DNA of 30,132 bases from a virus (IMGVR_UViG_3300037482_000011:1-30132), one strand, 5' to 3'; shown: positions 8,232 to 17,401, counted from the first letter of the stretch. Notes: generated from the sequence alone by a model not told the origin. Made by a program: numbers and translations.

Positions 8232-9245
8232 ATGGCACGAATTGAACTTCGTGACGCTGACATCCTAATTCGGGATGGCTTCGGCGGCACGGCAGCCGTG
8301 GATGATTTGAGCATCTCCGGTAGTGATACAACTCTCGTGATTGACACGCTGGCCGGTCTTCCGAATGCACGCACGACGGTCCCCATCGGGGCGAGATTCA
8401 CGATAGCCACCGTGGCAACCACTATCTTCACTGTTACAGCGCAGAATGCCAATCAACAGTACACACTAACGATCACGTCAGCGACCGGAGGCAATTTTGA
8501 TCTAGTTGTTGACGGTTTAGCCGTAGACGATATCGCGTTTGATGCCGATGCCGCAACAATCCAGGCTGCGATCAACGCTGTCATAGGCTCTGGTAATTCC
8601 ACTGTTACGGGTTCAGGACCATTTGTGGTCGAGTTCATCGGTGATTACCTCGGCATGGCCGTGGTGGCAACCATTGATGACACTGATCTTACCGGTGCCG
8701 GCAGCGAAGAAGGTACGCTCGTTGAACTGCACGAGGGTGGGACGACTTGGCAAGTGACATTTACGCCCGCATTGGACGGTGGCGATCTACCAGCCAACGA
8801 CGATGCGATTGCGTTTCTCCCAATTCAAATCACGGTCAAGGTCGGCGACGGAAACCTCACCTACACCGAGAACAAGAACTACGACTACCTCCTGGATCGA
8901 GGAAATCTTGACACCGTTCGGGAAGGCGACGAAGCGCCGCTCGAAATCAGCTTGGAGTTCGTCTACGAGTTCGTGAAAACCGGAACCGGTGAAGCGATAA
9001 CGCCCGTTGATGCTTTGAAGGGTATTGGTGGGGCCGCTGATTGGACGAGCACTTCTAGCGACCAGTGCGAATCATATTGCGTTGATATCGTGATCGACAG
9101 AGACGCACCATGTAACACCGCTGAGGACGAGATCACGGTGTTTTCGGAGTTTCGTTATGACTCGTTGGAATTTGATTTGAGTGCCGCAACGATTGCGGTG
9201 AACGGTCGCTGCAACGTGACCGAACCCGAAATCACTCGCGAGTAA
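8232..9245 (+). CDS. Major tail tube protein, copy 2 (337 aa) with an extra inserted domain
   Basis: Same N-terminus MARIELRDADILIRDG and C-terminus ...NGRCNVTEPEITRE as copy 1. It is 97 aa longer, mostly because of an insert containing ATGGNFDL...IAFDADAATIQAA. Confidence 0.75.
   Translation: MARIELRDADILIRDGFGGTAAVDDLSISGSDTTLVIDTLAGLPNARTTVPIGARFTIATVATTIFTVTAQNANQQYTLTITSATGGNFDLVVDGLAVDDIAFDADAATIQAAINAVIGSGNSTVTGSGPFVVEFIGDYLGMAVVATIDDTDLTGAGSEEGTLVELHEGGTTWQVTFTPALDGGDLPANDDAIAFLPIQITVKVGDGNLTYTENKNYDYLLDRGNLDTVREGDEAPLEISLEFVYEFVKTGTGEAITPVDALKGIGGAADWTSTSSDQCESYCVDIVIDRDAPCNTAEDEITVFSEFRYDSLEFDLSAATIAVNGRCNVTEPEITRE
8826..9034 (+). repeat. 209-bp perfect direct repeat, copy 2
   Basis: Identical to 7761-7969. 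Confidence 0.9.
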
Positions 9246-9259
9246 GTCGTTTCTTTATA

Positions 9260-9294
9260 AGCCCGTTTCGGTGGCTCGAATCGGGTTACTTTCT
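9260..9294 (+). terminator. Probable weak intrinsic terminator after the tail-tube genes
   Basis: Imperfect stem AGCCCGTTTCG/CGAATCGGGTT followed by ACTTTCT. Confidence 0.5.
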
Positions 9295-9310
9295 GAGGGA
9301 GATAATACAA

Positions 9311-9769
9311 ATGAGAATCGGTGGCGTTGCAATTACCCCGCCCGTCGAGGAAGTGTTGGTACTTCCGCGGGGCGATGCACAGCTTGTGTTCCGCGCAATC
9401 GCAGTTAAGACGTGGGATGAGTTTGAGAAACTATGCCCATCGCCCGAACCGCCGAAAATGCTTGTGAAGAACAAGCAAGTGCCAGATGCGGAAGACCCTG
9501 GGTACAAGAGTCTTCTCAATACGTGGTATCTGAAGCGATTTGCTTATCTGGTGATAAAGTCGCTTGAGCCTTCCAGTATCGAGTGGGATACAGTTGACAT
9601 CTACGACCCCAGCACGTGGCTGAAGGTTGAGGAAGAGTTCATAGCGGCCGGAATTACCGACGCTGAATTTCAGAAGATCGTTCAGACGGTTCTTGACGCC
9701 AACAGTCTTAACGAGGACAAGCTGAAGGCGGCCCGCGAGGCTTTTCTACATGGTCAGGTTCGGGAGTAA
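9311..9769 (+). CDS. Tail assembly chaperone (lambda gpG-like)
   Basis: Lies between the tail tube and TMP genes, has a GAGGGAG RBS, and is overlapped at its 3' end by an open -1 frame. Confidence 0.7.
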   Translation: MRIGGVAITPPVEEVLVLPRGDAQLVFRAIAVKTWDEFEKLCPSPEPPKMLVKNKQVPDAEDPGYKSLLNTWYLKRFAYLVIKSLEPSSIEWDTVDIYDPSTWLKVEEEFIAAGITDAEFQKIVQTVLDANSLNEDKLKAAREAFLHGQVRE

Positions 9770-10002
9770 CCCGAATTCTTTGGCCTTCTTACCGTACCGA
9801 AGTGTACGCGATCTGGAAGGCGTGCAATCGGGTTGGAATCAGACCGCCCGGTGTAAAAGAGTCGTGGGAAGAGTGCGATGCCGATACCCAGGCGTTATTG
9901 ATCGCTTTCGATCAAATCAGCACTCACGATCAAGCAGAACATGAAGGTCGTCTATTAGGGGCAGGGAAGCCTCCTCCGGCCAAGGGCCGCCGTAGGCGGT
10001 GA
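9742..10002 (+). CDS. Tail assembly chaperone extension (gpT-like), probably reached by a -1 frameshift
   Basis: The -1 frame is open from 9712 to 10002 (...FSTWSGSGVTRILWPSYRTEVYAIWKACNRVGIRPPG...). Candidate slip site GCT-TTT-C at 9740-9746. No clear RBS for GTG 9802. Confidence 0.6.
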   Translation, partial: FSTWSGSGVTRILWPSYRTEVYAIWKACNRVGIRPPGVKESWEECDADTQALLIAFDQISTHDQAEHEGRLLGAGKPPPAKGRRRR

Positions 10003-10032
10003 TCGCACCACACCTGACCACGAAGGATAACC

Positions 10033-10542
10033 ATGAAGCTCGTTGCAAAGTTCGAGATACCTTCACTTAACGTAAAGAAGCTTGAACGTACAATCGCGAC
10101 CGAGTTCTCCGATGCAATAACTCAGGCGGCGCTCGGATGGATCGAGGCCGCGTTGGAAAAGATACCTGTATGGAGTGGAGCGTCACATGCGACCTTTCTA
10201 CATCTAGCCCGAGCCGTGGGCTTCAGCCTTAACATTCAACCCGCCGGGAACGCGCCGACAAGAGTACAGTACGGCTTAAGAACAAGCGTTGGAGAGGTTT
10301 CGATCGAGACGGGTAAGGGAGTATTCACATTTACCTACACAACATCCCTAAAACATCTTGTCTACAACGAATACAACAACGCCAATGTCACTCCCGACCC
10401 TGGTTTGCTTTCTCAGCTTCTTCAACCTGGGCCATACAACTTCCAAGATGCAGCTAGAAAGGCCGCTCTTGATGTGCTGAACAACCTCTCTCTTCCAGAT
10501 GTTACGGAGTTTATCTCCGTAAAGTCTAAGCAGGTTAGCTAA
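10033..10542 (+). CDS. HK97 gp10-like neck/tail completion protein
   Basis: The A.EKIPVWSGAS motif resembles the gp10 PV.TG.L..S motif. AAGGA RBS. Its stop overlaps the TMP start (TAATG). Confidence 0.55.
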   Translation: MKLVAKFEIPSLNVKKLERTIATEFSDAITQAALGWIEAALEKIPVWSGASHATFLHLARAVGFSLNIQPAGNAPTRVQYGLRTSVGEVSIETGKGVFTFTYTTSLKHLVYNEYNNANVTPDPGLLSQLLQPGPYNFQDAARKAALDVLNNLSLPDVTEFISVKSKQVS

Positions 10543-13142
10543 TGGCCGACGAGATCAAGCAAATTTTCTCAATAGATGTCCAGGGCGCTCTTCAAGCGTT
10601 GACACTATTGGACACAGGCTACAAGAACTTCGCGACGACTCTGGGCACCACAACGGATGCAATAAGGAAATTCAATCGAAGTGCTACAACAAAGAAGATC
10701 GACGCGCTAGCGACAAGCTTCAACAACATCAACACGACTGGGTCACAGGCGAACGTCAAAGCCCTCGGGTCTGCCATCGCGTCCAATGTGAAGTCTGGCA
10801 CAAGCAATGTTGGCCGGTTGACAGCAAGTCTCGAAACTCTTTCTCGCGTTACATTCACTCAGTTTATTGTCCGCGGGCTATCGCAAATACGAAATGCATT
10901 GAGGGGGGCAGTCAAGGACAGTGTTGACTTCCAGAAGCAGATCGCGTTGGTGGAAACTATCGACAACAGCGGAACAGGCTTTGATAAACTAGCTAGTGAT
11001 GCGAGGCAGATATCAAAGAGTTTGGGCGTAGATCAGGTCGAGGTTGCCGCCGGTGCTTATCAATCGTTGGGTAATCAAGTCGGCACAACGGCCGAAAGCT
11101 TCAAGCTGCTTGAGGTTTCAACTCGGTTTGCCGAGTCTACTGGAAGTACAACAGCGCAAGCGGTCGACTTACTGTCTGGCACACTGAAGGCGTACAATCT
11201 AACGGTCGATGACGCTGAGAGTGTTGCTGGTAAGTTCTTCGTGGCTTTGGATAAAGGCCGTTTGACGTCTTCTGAATTAGCCAACACGATGGGGCGTACC
11301 AACGCTATTGCCGCCACGCTGGGCGTGACAATTGATGAGCAGAATGCATTCCTCTCCGCTTCAACGGTAACAGGTACAAAGGCTGCCGAATCCATCACGC
11401 AGTTGCGGGCCATCATGTCCGCGTTTATTAAGCCTTCTAAGGCAATGAGCGAGACTCTTAAGAAGCTTGGCTTCGATAGTGGTGAAGCCGCTATTCGAGC
11501 ATTGGGTTTCCGAGGCGCGGTCATTGCAGTCTCGAAGGCGTCCGGAGGGACGGCAGCGTCGCTTGGTAAAATCTTCCCCAACGTGCGAGCGTTGACTGGT
11601 GTTGTTGCTGGCCTGAACTCGCAAAGCAAAATCTATAACGAAACGTTGAGAGAGTCTCAGGACGCTGTTGATCTTCTTGGGGATAAATACACCATCGTCG
11701 CCGCTACAGACGCTAAGAAGTTCGAGAAGGCTACAAATGCAATCAGCACAGCTTTCTCGGAAAACTTTGGAGATCGCGTCTTAAAGGCTGTTGGCCTTAT
11801 TTCGGATTTCGCCGGTGGGGCCGAGAGCCTTTCCAGAATCGGCACTGTGGCTTCTTCTGCTGTGGACACAATCGGCATAAGCATAGCGATTCTTGGGGCA
11901 AGATCATTGTTTGCGTCCCAAAGAGCGGGCGTGCTTCTTGGAAACCTACGTGCTATCGCCAACACACCTATTGGAGCGGCCGGTACAATTCTTGCTTTAG
12001 CTCCACTAGCATCTGATCTAGGTAACACGATCGGTAAGAAACTAACTGATCTGGCCACTAAGGGTTCAGACGAAGCAGTTAAAGCCGGGGCTGAGGAATT
12101 CAACACTTTCAAAAGGAATGAAAAGCAGAAGACAGCAGCGGTCCTTGCTGAGGTAGAGAAGCGAACTAGGGCTTCTCTGAATGCTTTCCGGCAAGTCAAT
12201 GCGTTAGAAGCGAATGCAAGTCCTCAATTCCAGAAGTCGTTTCAAAATCCAACTAGAGAGTTGGAAAAAACGGTACAGAGTAACCAAAAGATTATTGCTC
12301 AGACAATTCAACGAAAAGAAGCTATTATCCTTCAAACAAAGGAGTTGGAGGTCTTCCAGAAAACGGCCGCTGATATCGCGGAGAAAATCGGACGTGCTGG
12401 CGCTAACGAAGAGTTAACGACCAATATAAAGGCGAAGATCGCTGAGTTATCACAAGGTCCAATCGACAACGCAAAACTTGCTGAATTATTAAATCTCGTC
12501 CAGGAGTTGCAAGAGAAGTCTTCCACAGTCGGCGGTCAAAAAGTCGTATTGGATCAGGTTAGGAGTGCTGCGACGTTGATACAAGAAGCAGCACTCATTC
12601 AGGCGAAGCTTGATAACACGCCTAGTGTGTCACTGCTTGATGCTACCATCCAGGCCGCATTACAAGGAATTACAGCAACACAGATTCAAGCTGACGCGAT
12701 GAACATAGCCATTCAGCAAGGTGCGTCAGGTATGGGCGTGCAAGCTGAAGCCTCCCGGATCATCGCGGAGAACTATGAGCGCGCGGCGGCGGCGGCTTTG
12801 CGGCTACAAACGGGTTCAGGATCAGCCGCAACGAACAGAATGTTCGGAGGCTCAATGTCCTACTTCGCGTCCGGCGGTCGCGGTCTGGACACAATCCCCG
12901 CCATGCTGTCGAAGGGGGAATTCGTTGTAAACGCTAAGAGTTCACAACGATTCTTCTCGCAAATCCAAGCCATGAATGCTGGTCAAAATCCGGTGTTCAG
13001 ACAAGACGGTGGTGGTGTCACCAACAACACCAACATCGGTGATATCAATGTGAACGGCTCGAAGTCGCCCGAAGCAACAGCCAAGGCCATCGTTTCGCTC
13101 ATCAATCGTGCTCAACGACGTGGCTTGGCGAAGATTCGCTGA
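10542..13142 (+). CDS. Tail tape measure protein (TP901-type core), 866 aa
   Basis: Long Ala-rich helical ORF after the chaperones. TP901 core motifs (ELANTMGR...IAATLGV, A.TQLRAIM...IKPS) and C-terminal FASGG...DTIPAMLSKGEFVVNA motif. Confidence 0.9.
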   Translation: MADEIKQIFSIDVQGALQALTLLDTGYKNFATTLGTTTDAIRKFNRSATTKKIDALATSFNNINTTGSQANVKALGSAIASNVKSGTSNVGRLTASLETLSRVTFTQFIVRGLSQIRNALRGAVKDSVDFQKQIALVETIDNSGTGFDKLASDARQISKSLGVDQVEVAAGAYQSLGNQVGTTAESFKLLEVSTRFAESTGSTTAQAVDLLSGTLKAYNLTVDDAESVAGKFFVALDKGRLTSSELANTMGRTNAIAATLGVTIDEQNAFLSASTVTGTKAAESITQLRAIMSAFIKPSKAMSETLKKLGFDSGEAAIRALGFRGAVIAVSKASGGTAASLGKIFPNVRALTGVVAGLNSQSKIYNETLRESQDAVDLLGDKYTIVAATDAKKFEKATNAISTAFSENFGDRVLKAVGLISDFAGGAESLSRIGTVASSAVDTIGISIAILGARSLFASQRAGVLLGNLRAIANTPIGAAGTILALAPLASDLGNTIGKKLTDLATKGSDEAVKAGAEEFNTFKRNEKQKTAAVLAEVEKRTRASLNAFRQVNALEANASPQFQKSFQNPTRELEKTVQSNQKIIAQTIQRKEAIILQTKELEVFQKTAADIAEKIGRAGANEELTTNIKAKIAELSQGPIDNAKLAELLNLVQELQEKSSTVGGQKVVLDQVRSAATLIQEAALIQAKLDNTPSVSLLDATIQAALQGITATQIQADAMNIAIQQGASGMGVQAEASRIIAENYERAAAAALRLQTGSGSAATNRMFGGSMSYFASGGRGLDTIPAMLSKGEFVVNAKSSQRFFSQIQAMNAGQNPVFRQDGGGVTNNTNIGDINVNGSKSPEATAKAIVSLINRAQRRGLAKIR

Positions 13143-13210
13143 TCCGCATCTATTTCGCGCCGCCGGCCGCTGCCAGACGGTGTTCACTTTTTCTCCTCGG
13201 GAGAGTCTGT

Positions 13211-13822
13211 ATGTGTAGTGTTATGAAAGTAGATCAAGCGGCCGACTGTAATATCGTCCGGGCCGCTGATCGGCCCCAGGTCGATAAGTTGCCGTTGCGT
13301 GGTCGATTTCAAGTCGAGCATATTCGAGACGGAAAAGTCATCGGTAAGCACGACTTCCCTAACGGCATCACGAATGAAGGCAAGAACTTCCTTCTGGACG
13401 CCATGTTCCATGCCGAAGCAGCCCTATCTGTGTGGTATATCGGACTGATCGACAACTCCGGTTTCAGTTCGCTGGACGCCGCCGATATTTATGACAATAT
13501 CGACCAAGCTGGCAACAACTGGGATGAGTTCAAGCTGTACACCGACGACGCAAACGGTGACAGCACAACGACTCGACCGACGTGGACCGAAGGTTCTGCG
13601 TCTGGTCAGAGTATCACCAACGCCTCTCCGATCATCTTCGACATCACTGGCACCGGCACGGTGAAGGGTGTCTTCGTGGTCGGTGGTACGAACGCTCAGA
13701 CCAAGGGCGACCACACCGCTGGTTCGGGTCATAAGCTCTGGGCGACTGCCCTCTTTACTGGTGGCGACGTTGCGGTATTGAATGGAGACCAGCTTAAGGT
13801 CACTTACAGCGTAGCAGCCTAA
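13211..13822 (+). CDS. Virion structural/minor tail protein
   Basis: Follows the TMP. GGAGAG RBS. NGITNEGKNFLLD, WYIGLI and V.NGDQLKVTY motifs resemble phage tail-associated proteins. Confidence 0.7.
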   Translation: MCSVMKVDQAADCNIVRAADRPQVDKLPLRGRFQVEHIRDGKVIGKHDFPNGITNEGKNFLLDAMFHAEAALSVWYIGLIDNSGFSSLDAADIYDNIDQAGNNWDEFKLYTDDANGDSTTTRPTWTEGSASGQSITNASPIIFDITGTGTVKGVFVVGGTNAQTKGDHTAGSGHKLWATALFTGGDVAVLNGDQLKVTYSVAA

Positions 13823-13825
13823 TTG

Positions 13826-14356
13826 TTAAGCTGCTTCGTCTGGACGTACCCTGCCCGATCGGTGTTCCCATATTGCCTTTCTGGTAACACCGTATCTCGC
13901 AGCCAGCATGTTTACAGGCTCGTTAGAGTCGCAGATTTCCTGATGCTCTTTCGGGCCTATTTTCGTGTTACCTTTTGAAGCTACAAAACGCCCGCGATCA
14001 GCCCGTTGATCCGAATTATCTTGTGGTGTGCCAAGAAACAGATGCTCTGGATTGACGCAGCCAGGATTGTCACAGGTGTGCAGCATGTCCCAGTTTCCGG
14101 GATCGACCCCATGTTCTAGGACATACATAACTCGCGGAGCGAGTAGCTGAACGCCATATAGCTTGATGTTCCCGCGACCAAGCGTGTTGCAGCCTCCCAA
14201 CCAAGGCCAGCATCCACGTTTACTTTTGGCAACACGTCGCCAGAAGTTACGCACTTGCTTTGGCGACAATTGATGTAGTCTCGGCCGCGTATTGCAGCTT
14301 TCTGGCTGATGATCGGCCAGTGGAAACAGCGGTAATCGTTCTTCTTGTCCTCGCAT
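13826..14356 (-). CDS. HNH homing endonuclease, antisense insertion
   Basis: FW.RV...GCWPW.G and HTCDNPGCVNPEHLFLGT.QDN motifs, plus a C-terminal HTH-like segment LAARYGVTRKAI. Start uncertain (ATG 14356 chosen). Confidence 0.88.
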   Translation of the reverse strand: MRGQEERLPLFPLADHQPESCNTRPRLHQLSPKQVRNFWRRVAKSKRGCWPWLGGCNTLGRGNIKLYGVQLLAPRVMYVLEHGVDPGNWDMLHTCDNPGCVNPEHLFLGTPQDNSDQRADRGRFVASKGNTKIGPKEHQEICDSNEPVNMLAARYGVTRKAIWEHRSGRVRPDEAA

Positions 14357-14399
14357 ATAGAAGCACGGTGCAACTGCCGTACCAAATCTCTCCCTCGCC

Positions 14400-14443
14400 A
14401 AGACCGGGGTCGGCTCCTAAGGTCGGCCCCGGTCTTTCTTTTT
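14400..14443 (+). terminator. Intrinsic terminator
   Basis: 15-bp stem AAGACCGGGGTCGGC/GTCGGCCCCGGTCTT with two G-U pairs, 7-nt loop, then TCTTTTT. Confidence 0.8.
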
Positions 14444-14456
14444 ATGGAGTTACCAA

Positions 14457-15464
14457 ATGGCACTTAAATGGATCGAAGGTTTTGAAGCCTTTGGTGCGTC
14501 TGGTGATCCCGGCGGGATGGACGCAAAATATAGCGTAACAAACATTACGTTTTACACAATGGTCTCTGGCCGCTTCGTCGGTGGCAATGCCATCGAGATG
14601 GACGGCTCCGGAAACAACCGCCATTTCCGCACACCCAACATCATCAGCACACCAACGATGGTTGTTGGATTTGCCTTTTACAATCCAGGTTCTTCAGGTG
14701 ATCGCGAACTCCTTGAGTTCTTTGATGGCGATGCAGTTCTAGGAATGAACATCCGCCTGTTATCTACTAATGAGTATCAGGTTCGTCGAGGTACGACAGT
14801 TCTAGCCTCTACTAGCGGTGCTGGTGTGACGGGTGCTTGGCACTATATCGAGTTCAAAGTGGTTACTGACGATTCCACAGGAAGCTACGAGCTTCGTATT
14901 GGGGGCTTCGATGTCTTAAGTGATTCGGGAATTGACACAAAGGCGAACGCTGGGGGTGCATCTGACCATCATGCCTCTTTCAGATTCAATTCGGCAATTG
15001 CCGGCGGGCGAATCGACGATGTGTACTGCGACGATAGTGATTTCGTTGGGGACCACAAGGTTGTCACGATTTTCCCGGACGCTGCGGGCGATGACACAGA
15101 CTTTACTCCAAACACAGGCGCGAATTTCCAGGCAGTTGACGATAAACCTCACGATTCTGACTCCACATATGTCGAGTCGGGCACAACTGATGACCAGGAT
15201 TTGTATGGTGTGCCCACACCAACTGGTGTGGGCACGATAGTCGGTGTTCAACACAACATTGTATGTCGCAAAACCGATGCGACAGATTTTGATATCAAGC
15301 CCGTGTGTAAGAGCGGCGCAACCGAGAGTGTTGATTCTGCGCAAACGGTCAACAGCACGAGCTATGACAACAAACGTCGCATACTAGAAGCTGATCCAGA
15401 CACAGCTTCAGCTTGGGATGCTGCCGGTCTAGGGACCGCCCAATTTGGATACAGAGTGGGTTAA
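14457..15464 (+). CDS. Tail-associated protein with a ConA/laminin-G-like beta-sandwich (candidate receptor-binding protein)
   Basis: GGAG RBS. MAL.WIEGFE start and WHYIEFKV...GSYELRI and IDDVYC motifs suggest a lectin-like fold. Located in the tail module. Confidence 0.6.
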   Translation: MALKWIEGFEAFGASGDPGGMDAKYSVTNITFYTMVSGRFVGGNAIEMDGSGNNRHFRTPNIISTPTMVVGFAFYNPGSSGDRELLEFFDGDAVLGMNIRLLSTNEYQVRRGTTVLASTSGAGVTGAWHYIEFKVVTDDSTGSYELRIGGFDVLSDSGIDTKANAGGASDHHASFRFNSAIAGGRIDDVYCDDSDFVGDHKVVTIFPDAAGDDTDFTPNTGANFQAVDDKPHDSDSTYVESGTTDDQDLYGVPTPTGVGTIVGVQHNIVCRKTDATDFDIKPVCKSGATESVDSAQTVNSTSYDNKRRILEADPDTASAWDAAGLGTAQFGYRVG

Positions 15465-17401
15465 TGCTTCGTTGTACGCAAACTTACATCTCGGTCCTTG
15501 GACGAGACATTGGTGCCACAAGAGTCACACAGACTTATGTGTCGCTTCTATGTAAGAATTCGTATGATACGCTGAGCACATCAGTCTTAGAACCGTCCCA
15601 AGAGGCCGTTGCTAGCCTCTCTGGCGTCCATGACGTCTCGGCACTGTCCGTCCTTAATATCACCAGCATAGGCAATATTGTTATGGCTTTGAGAAGCACG
15701 CAAACTTACGTGTCTGTGCTTGGTAGAGATGACGGGGTATTACGTGCTACACAGACATATGTCTCTATTCTGTGTGTAGACGACTCTGGTGGTTCCGAGC
15801 ACAATGAAGCTGCAACGTCAACGCTCACCCTGACGCAGGACTCCCTGTCTGGTCTATACTCCAGAGACGCGGAATCCACGTTATCACTTACTTCGGAGGC
15901 AACTGCCCCGAAGATTTATAATGCTGTAGCCGAGTCGACTCTTGCGATAATCTCCACGTCAGTGGGCGAACCGCCCCATGATCGAAGTGCTAGTGACACA
16001 TTAGAACTGACTCAGGACGCATTGTCTGGTATTTACTTTGCTTCAGCAGAAGATTCACTCTTACTGGCAGACGTTGGCCGACAGACAGAAGAATACTCGT
16101 CAACCTCGCAGTCAACATTGGTGTTGACTGATTCAGTGTCAACACTGCCAACAGGCCGTGTGGATGCCACCAATCCATTGTTTTTGGTTCAAGATGCTGA
16201 TAACAATATCAAGGTTAGGTTTCTAACAGACTCGTTATCTCTTGTTAGTGCTGCGACCGCCTTTACGGTAAAGCAAGCTAGCAACACGATTGAGCTTGTC
16301 GACGGGGCGGTGCAAGGAATCATCTCCTTCACTGTAACCGATACTCTTGAACTCGTAAGCTCGGCTAAGAATGCGTTCATCCGGCTGTTCACCGAGGATC
16401 AGACATTAACATTGTCTGATTCTGCTCGGTCCAGCATCCGGATGCTGAGTGCGTCTGACGCTATCGAAGTGACGGACACCCTTGTGGTCATCCGACCTTG
16501 GTACGTGTCCGCTACAGACGAATTGCTGTCTATTGAGCAGGTCTACGATCTAGACACTGACTCGCTTATAGACGTAGTGACTGGCCTAGACCAAGCTGCG
16601 TCCGCGACAGTGTTTGGCCCACGTTCGGGATCAAACATCATATCGTTTGCTCAAACCGCTATTGGCTCCCATGTTAGAGCCGATGGAATCTCGGTTGAGG
16701 CTGTCGACGAGCTTGCGTTAGACGACGTAGCTCAACTTAGCATCACGGCTGATGCTAACAACGACCTTGCCGTTACGCAAACTGCCAGCGGTAACACTTC
16801 AAGGCCAGCCTCCAATACGCTGTCGTCGCTTAACTCGATCGCCTCCTTTGTTATTGTTCGTGGCGTAGCTAGTGGTGACACGATACTCATCAAGCACGCG
16901 GTGGCGTTTGTCCTAGAAAAGGATGATACGCTCTGTTCATACTCTCCGTTCGTCGGAGATAGTAGTGATCCAGATGCCCCGACACCGCCGCCTTCAACTT
17001 ACACTGCGGCCCAGGGGACGCCCGGCTTTCGGCTTCAGTACCCGGCTACGGGTTCTGTGACTGATGAATTGATTCTGCGAGCGCCAAATCTAGGTAACGT
17101 TGATCGGATCGCCGCTACGCGGATCAATCGCGAAACGCGCGGCGGAACGTTGATCGTGTATGCAGACCCGATCTGGCCGAAGGTAGAAACATTAGTTCTG
17201 TCCTTCAGCGGTTTGACCGAATCAGAAGCTCAAGACCTTCTGACCTTCATGGAAGAGCACATCGGAGAAGACATCAAGCTTATTGATTGGGAGAATCGGT
17301 TGTGGGCGGGGGTTCTGTCTAATATCCAAGACCCCATTGTTCAGGATGGTCGTGGATGCCAGTATACAGCCAGCTTTGAATTTGAGGGAACTAAGGTCTA
17401 A
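15464..17401 (+). CDS. Tail protein with Ser/Thr/Asp-rich repeats and a C-terminal distal-tail-like domain
   Basis: Start re-called at ATG 15464 (TAATG overlap). Four TQTY(I/V)S.L repeats and many A.(S/D)TL.L units. The C-terminal about 120 aa resemble the next ORF. Confidence 0.7.
   Translation: MLRCTQTYISVLGRDIGATRVTQTYVSLLCKNSYDTLSTSVLEPSQEAVASLSGVHDVSALSVLNITSIGNIVMALRSTQTYVSVLGRDDGVLRATQTYVSILCVDDSGGSEHNEAATSTLTLTQDSLSGLYSRDAESTLSLTSEATAPKIYNAVAESTLAIISTSVGEPPHDRSASDTLELTQDALSGIYFASAEDSLLLADVGRQTEEYSSTSQSTLVLTDSVSTLPTGRVDATNPLFLVQDADNNIKVRFLTDSLSLVSAATAFTVKQASNTIELVDGAVQGIISFTVTDTLELVSSAKNAFIRLFTEDQTLTLSDSARSSIRMLSASDAIEVTDTLVVIRPWYVSATDELLSIEQVYDLDTDSLIDVVTGLDQAASATVFGPRSGSNIISFAQTAIGSHVRADGISVEAVDELALDDVAQLSITADANNDLAVTQTASGNTSRPASNTLSSLNSIASFVIVRGVASGDTILIKHAVAFVLEKDDTLCSYSPFVGDSSDPDAPTPPPSTYTAAQGTPGFRLQYPATGSVTDELILRAPNLGNVDRIAATRINRETRGGTLIVYADPIWPKVETLVLSFSGLTESEAQDLLTFMEEHIGEDIKLIDWENRLWAGVLSNIQDPIVQDGRGCQYTASFEFEGTKV

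Noticed and set aside
7761-9245. Tail-tube repeat pair as a diversity-generating retroelement TR/VR
   Set aside because: Mismatches are mostly synonymous and not adenine-specific, both copies are in intact genes, and no reverse transcriptase is in the window.
13826-14401. HNH gene as part of a group I intron
   Set aside because: The flanking genes are complete with their own stop and start, the HNH is antisense, and no intron core is recognisable.
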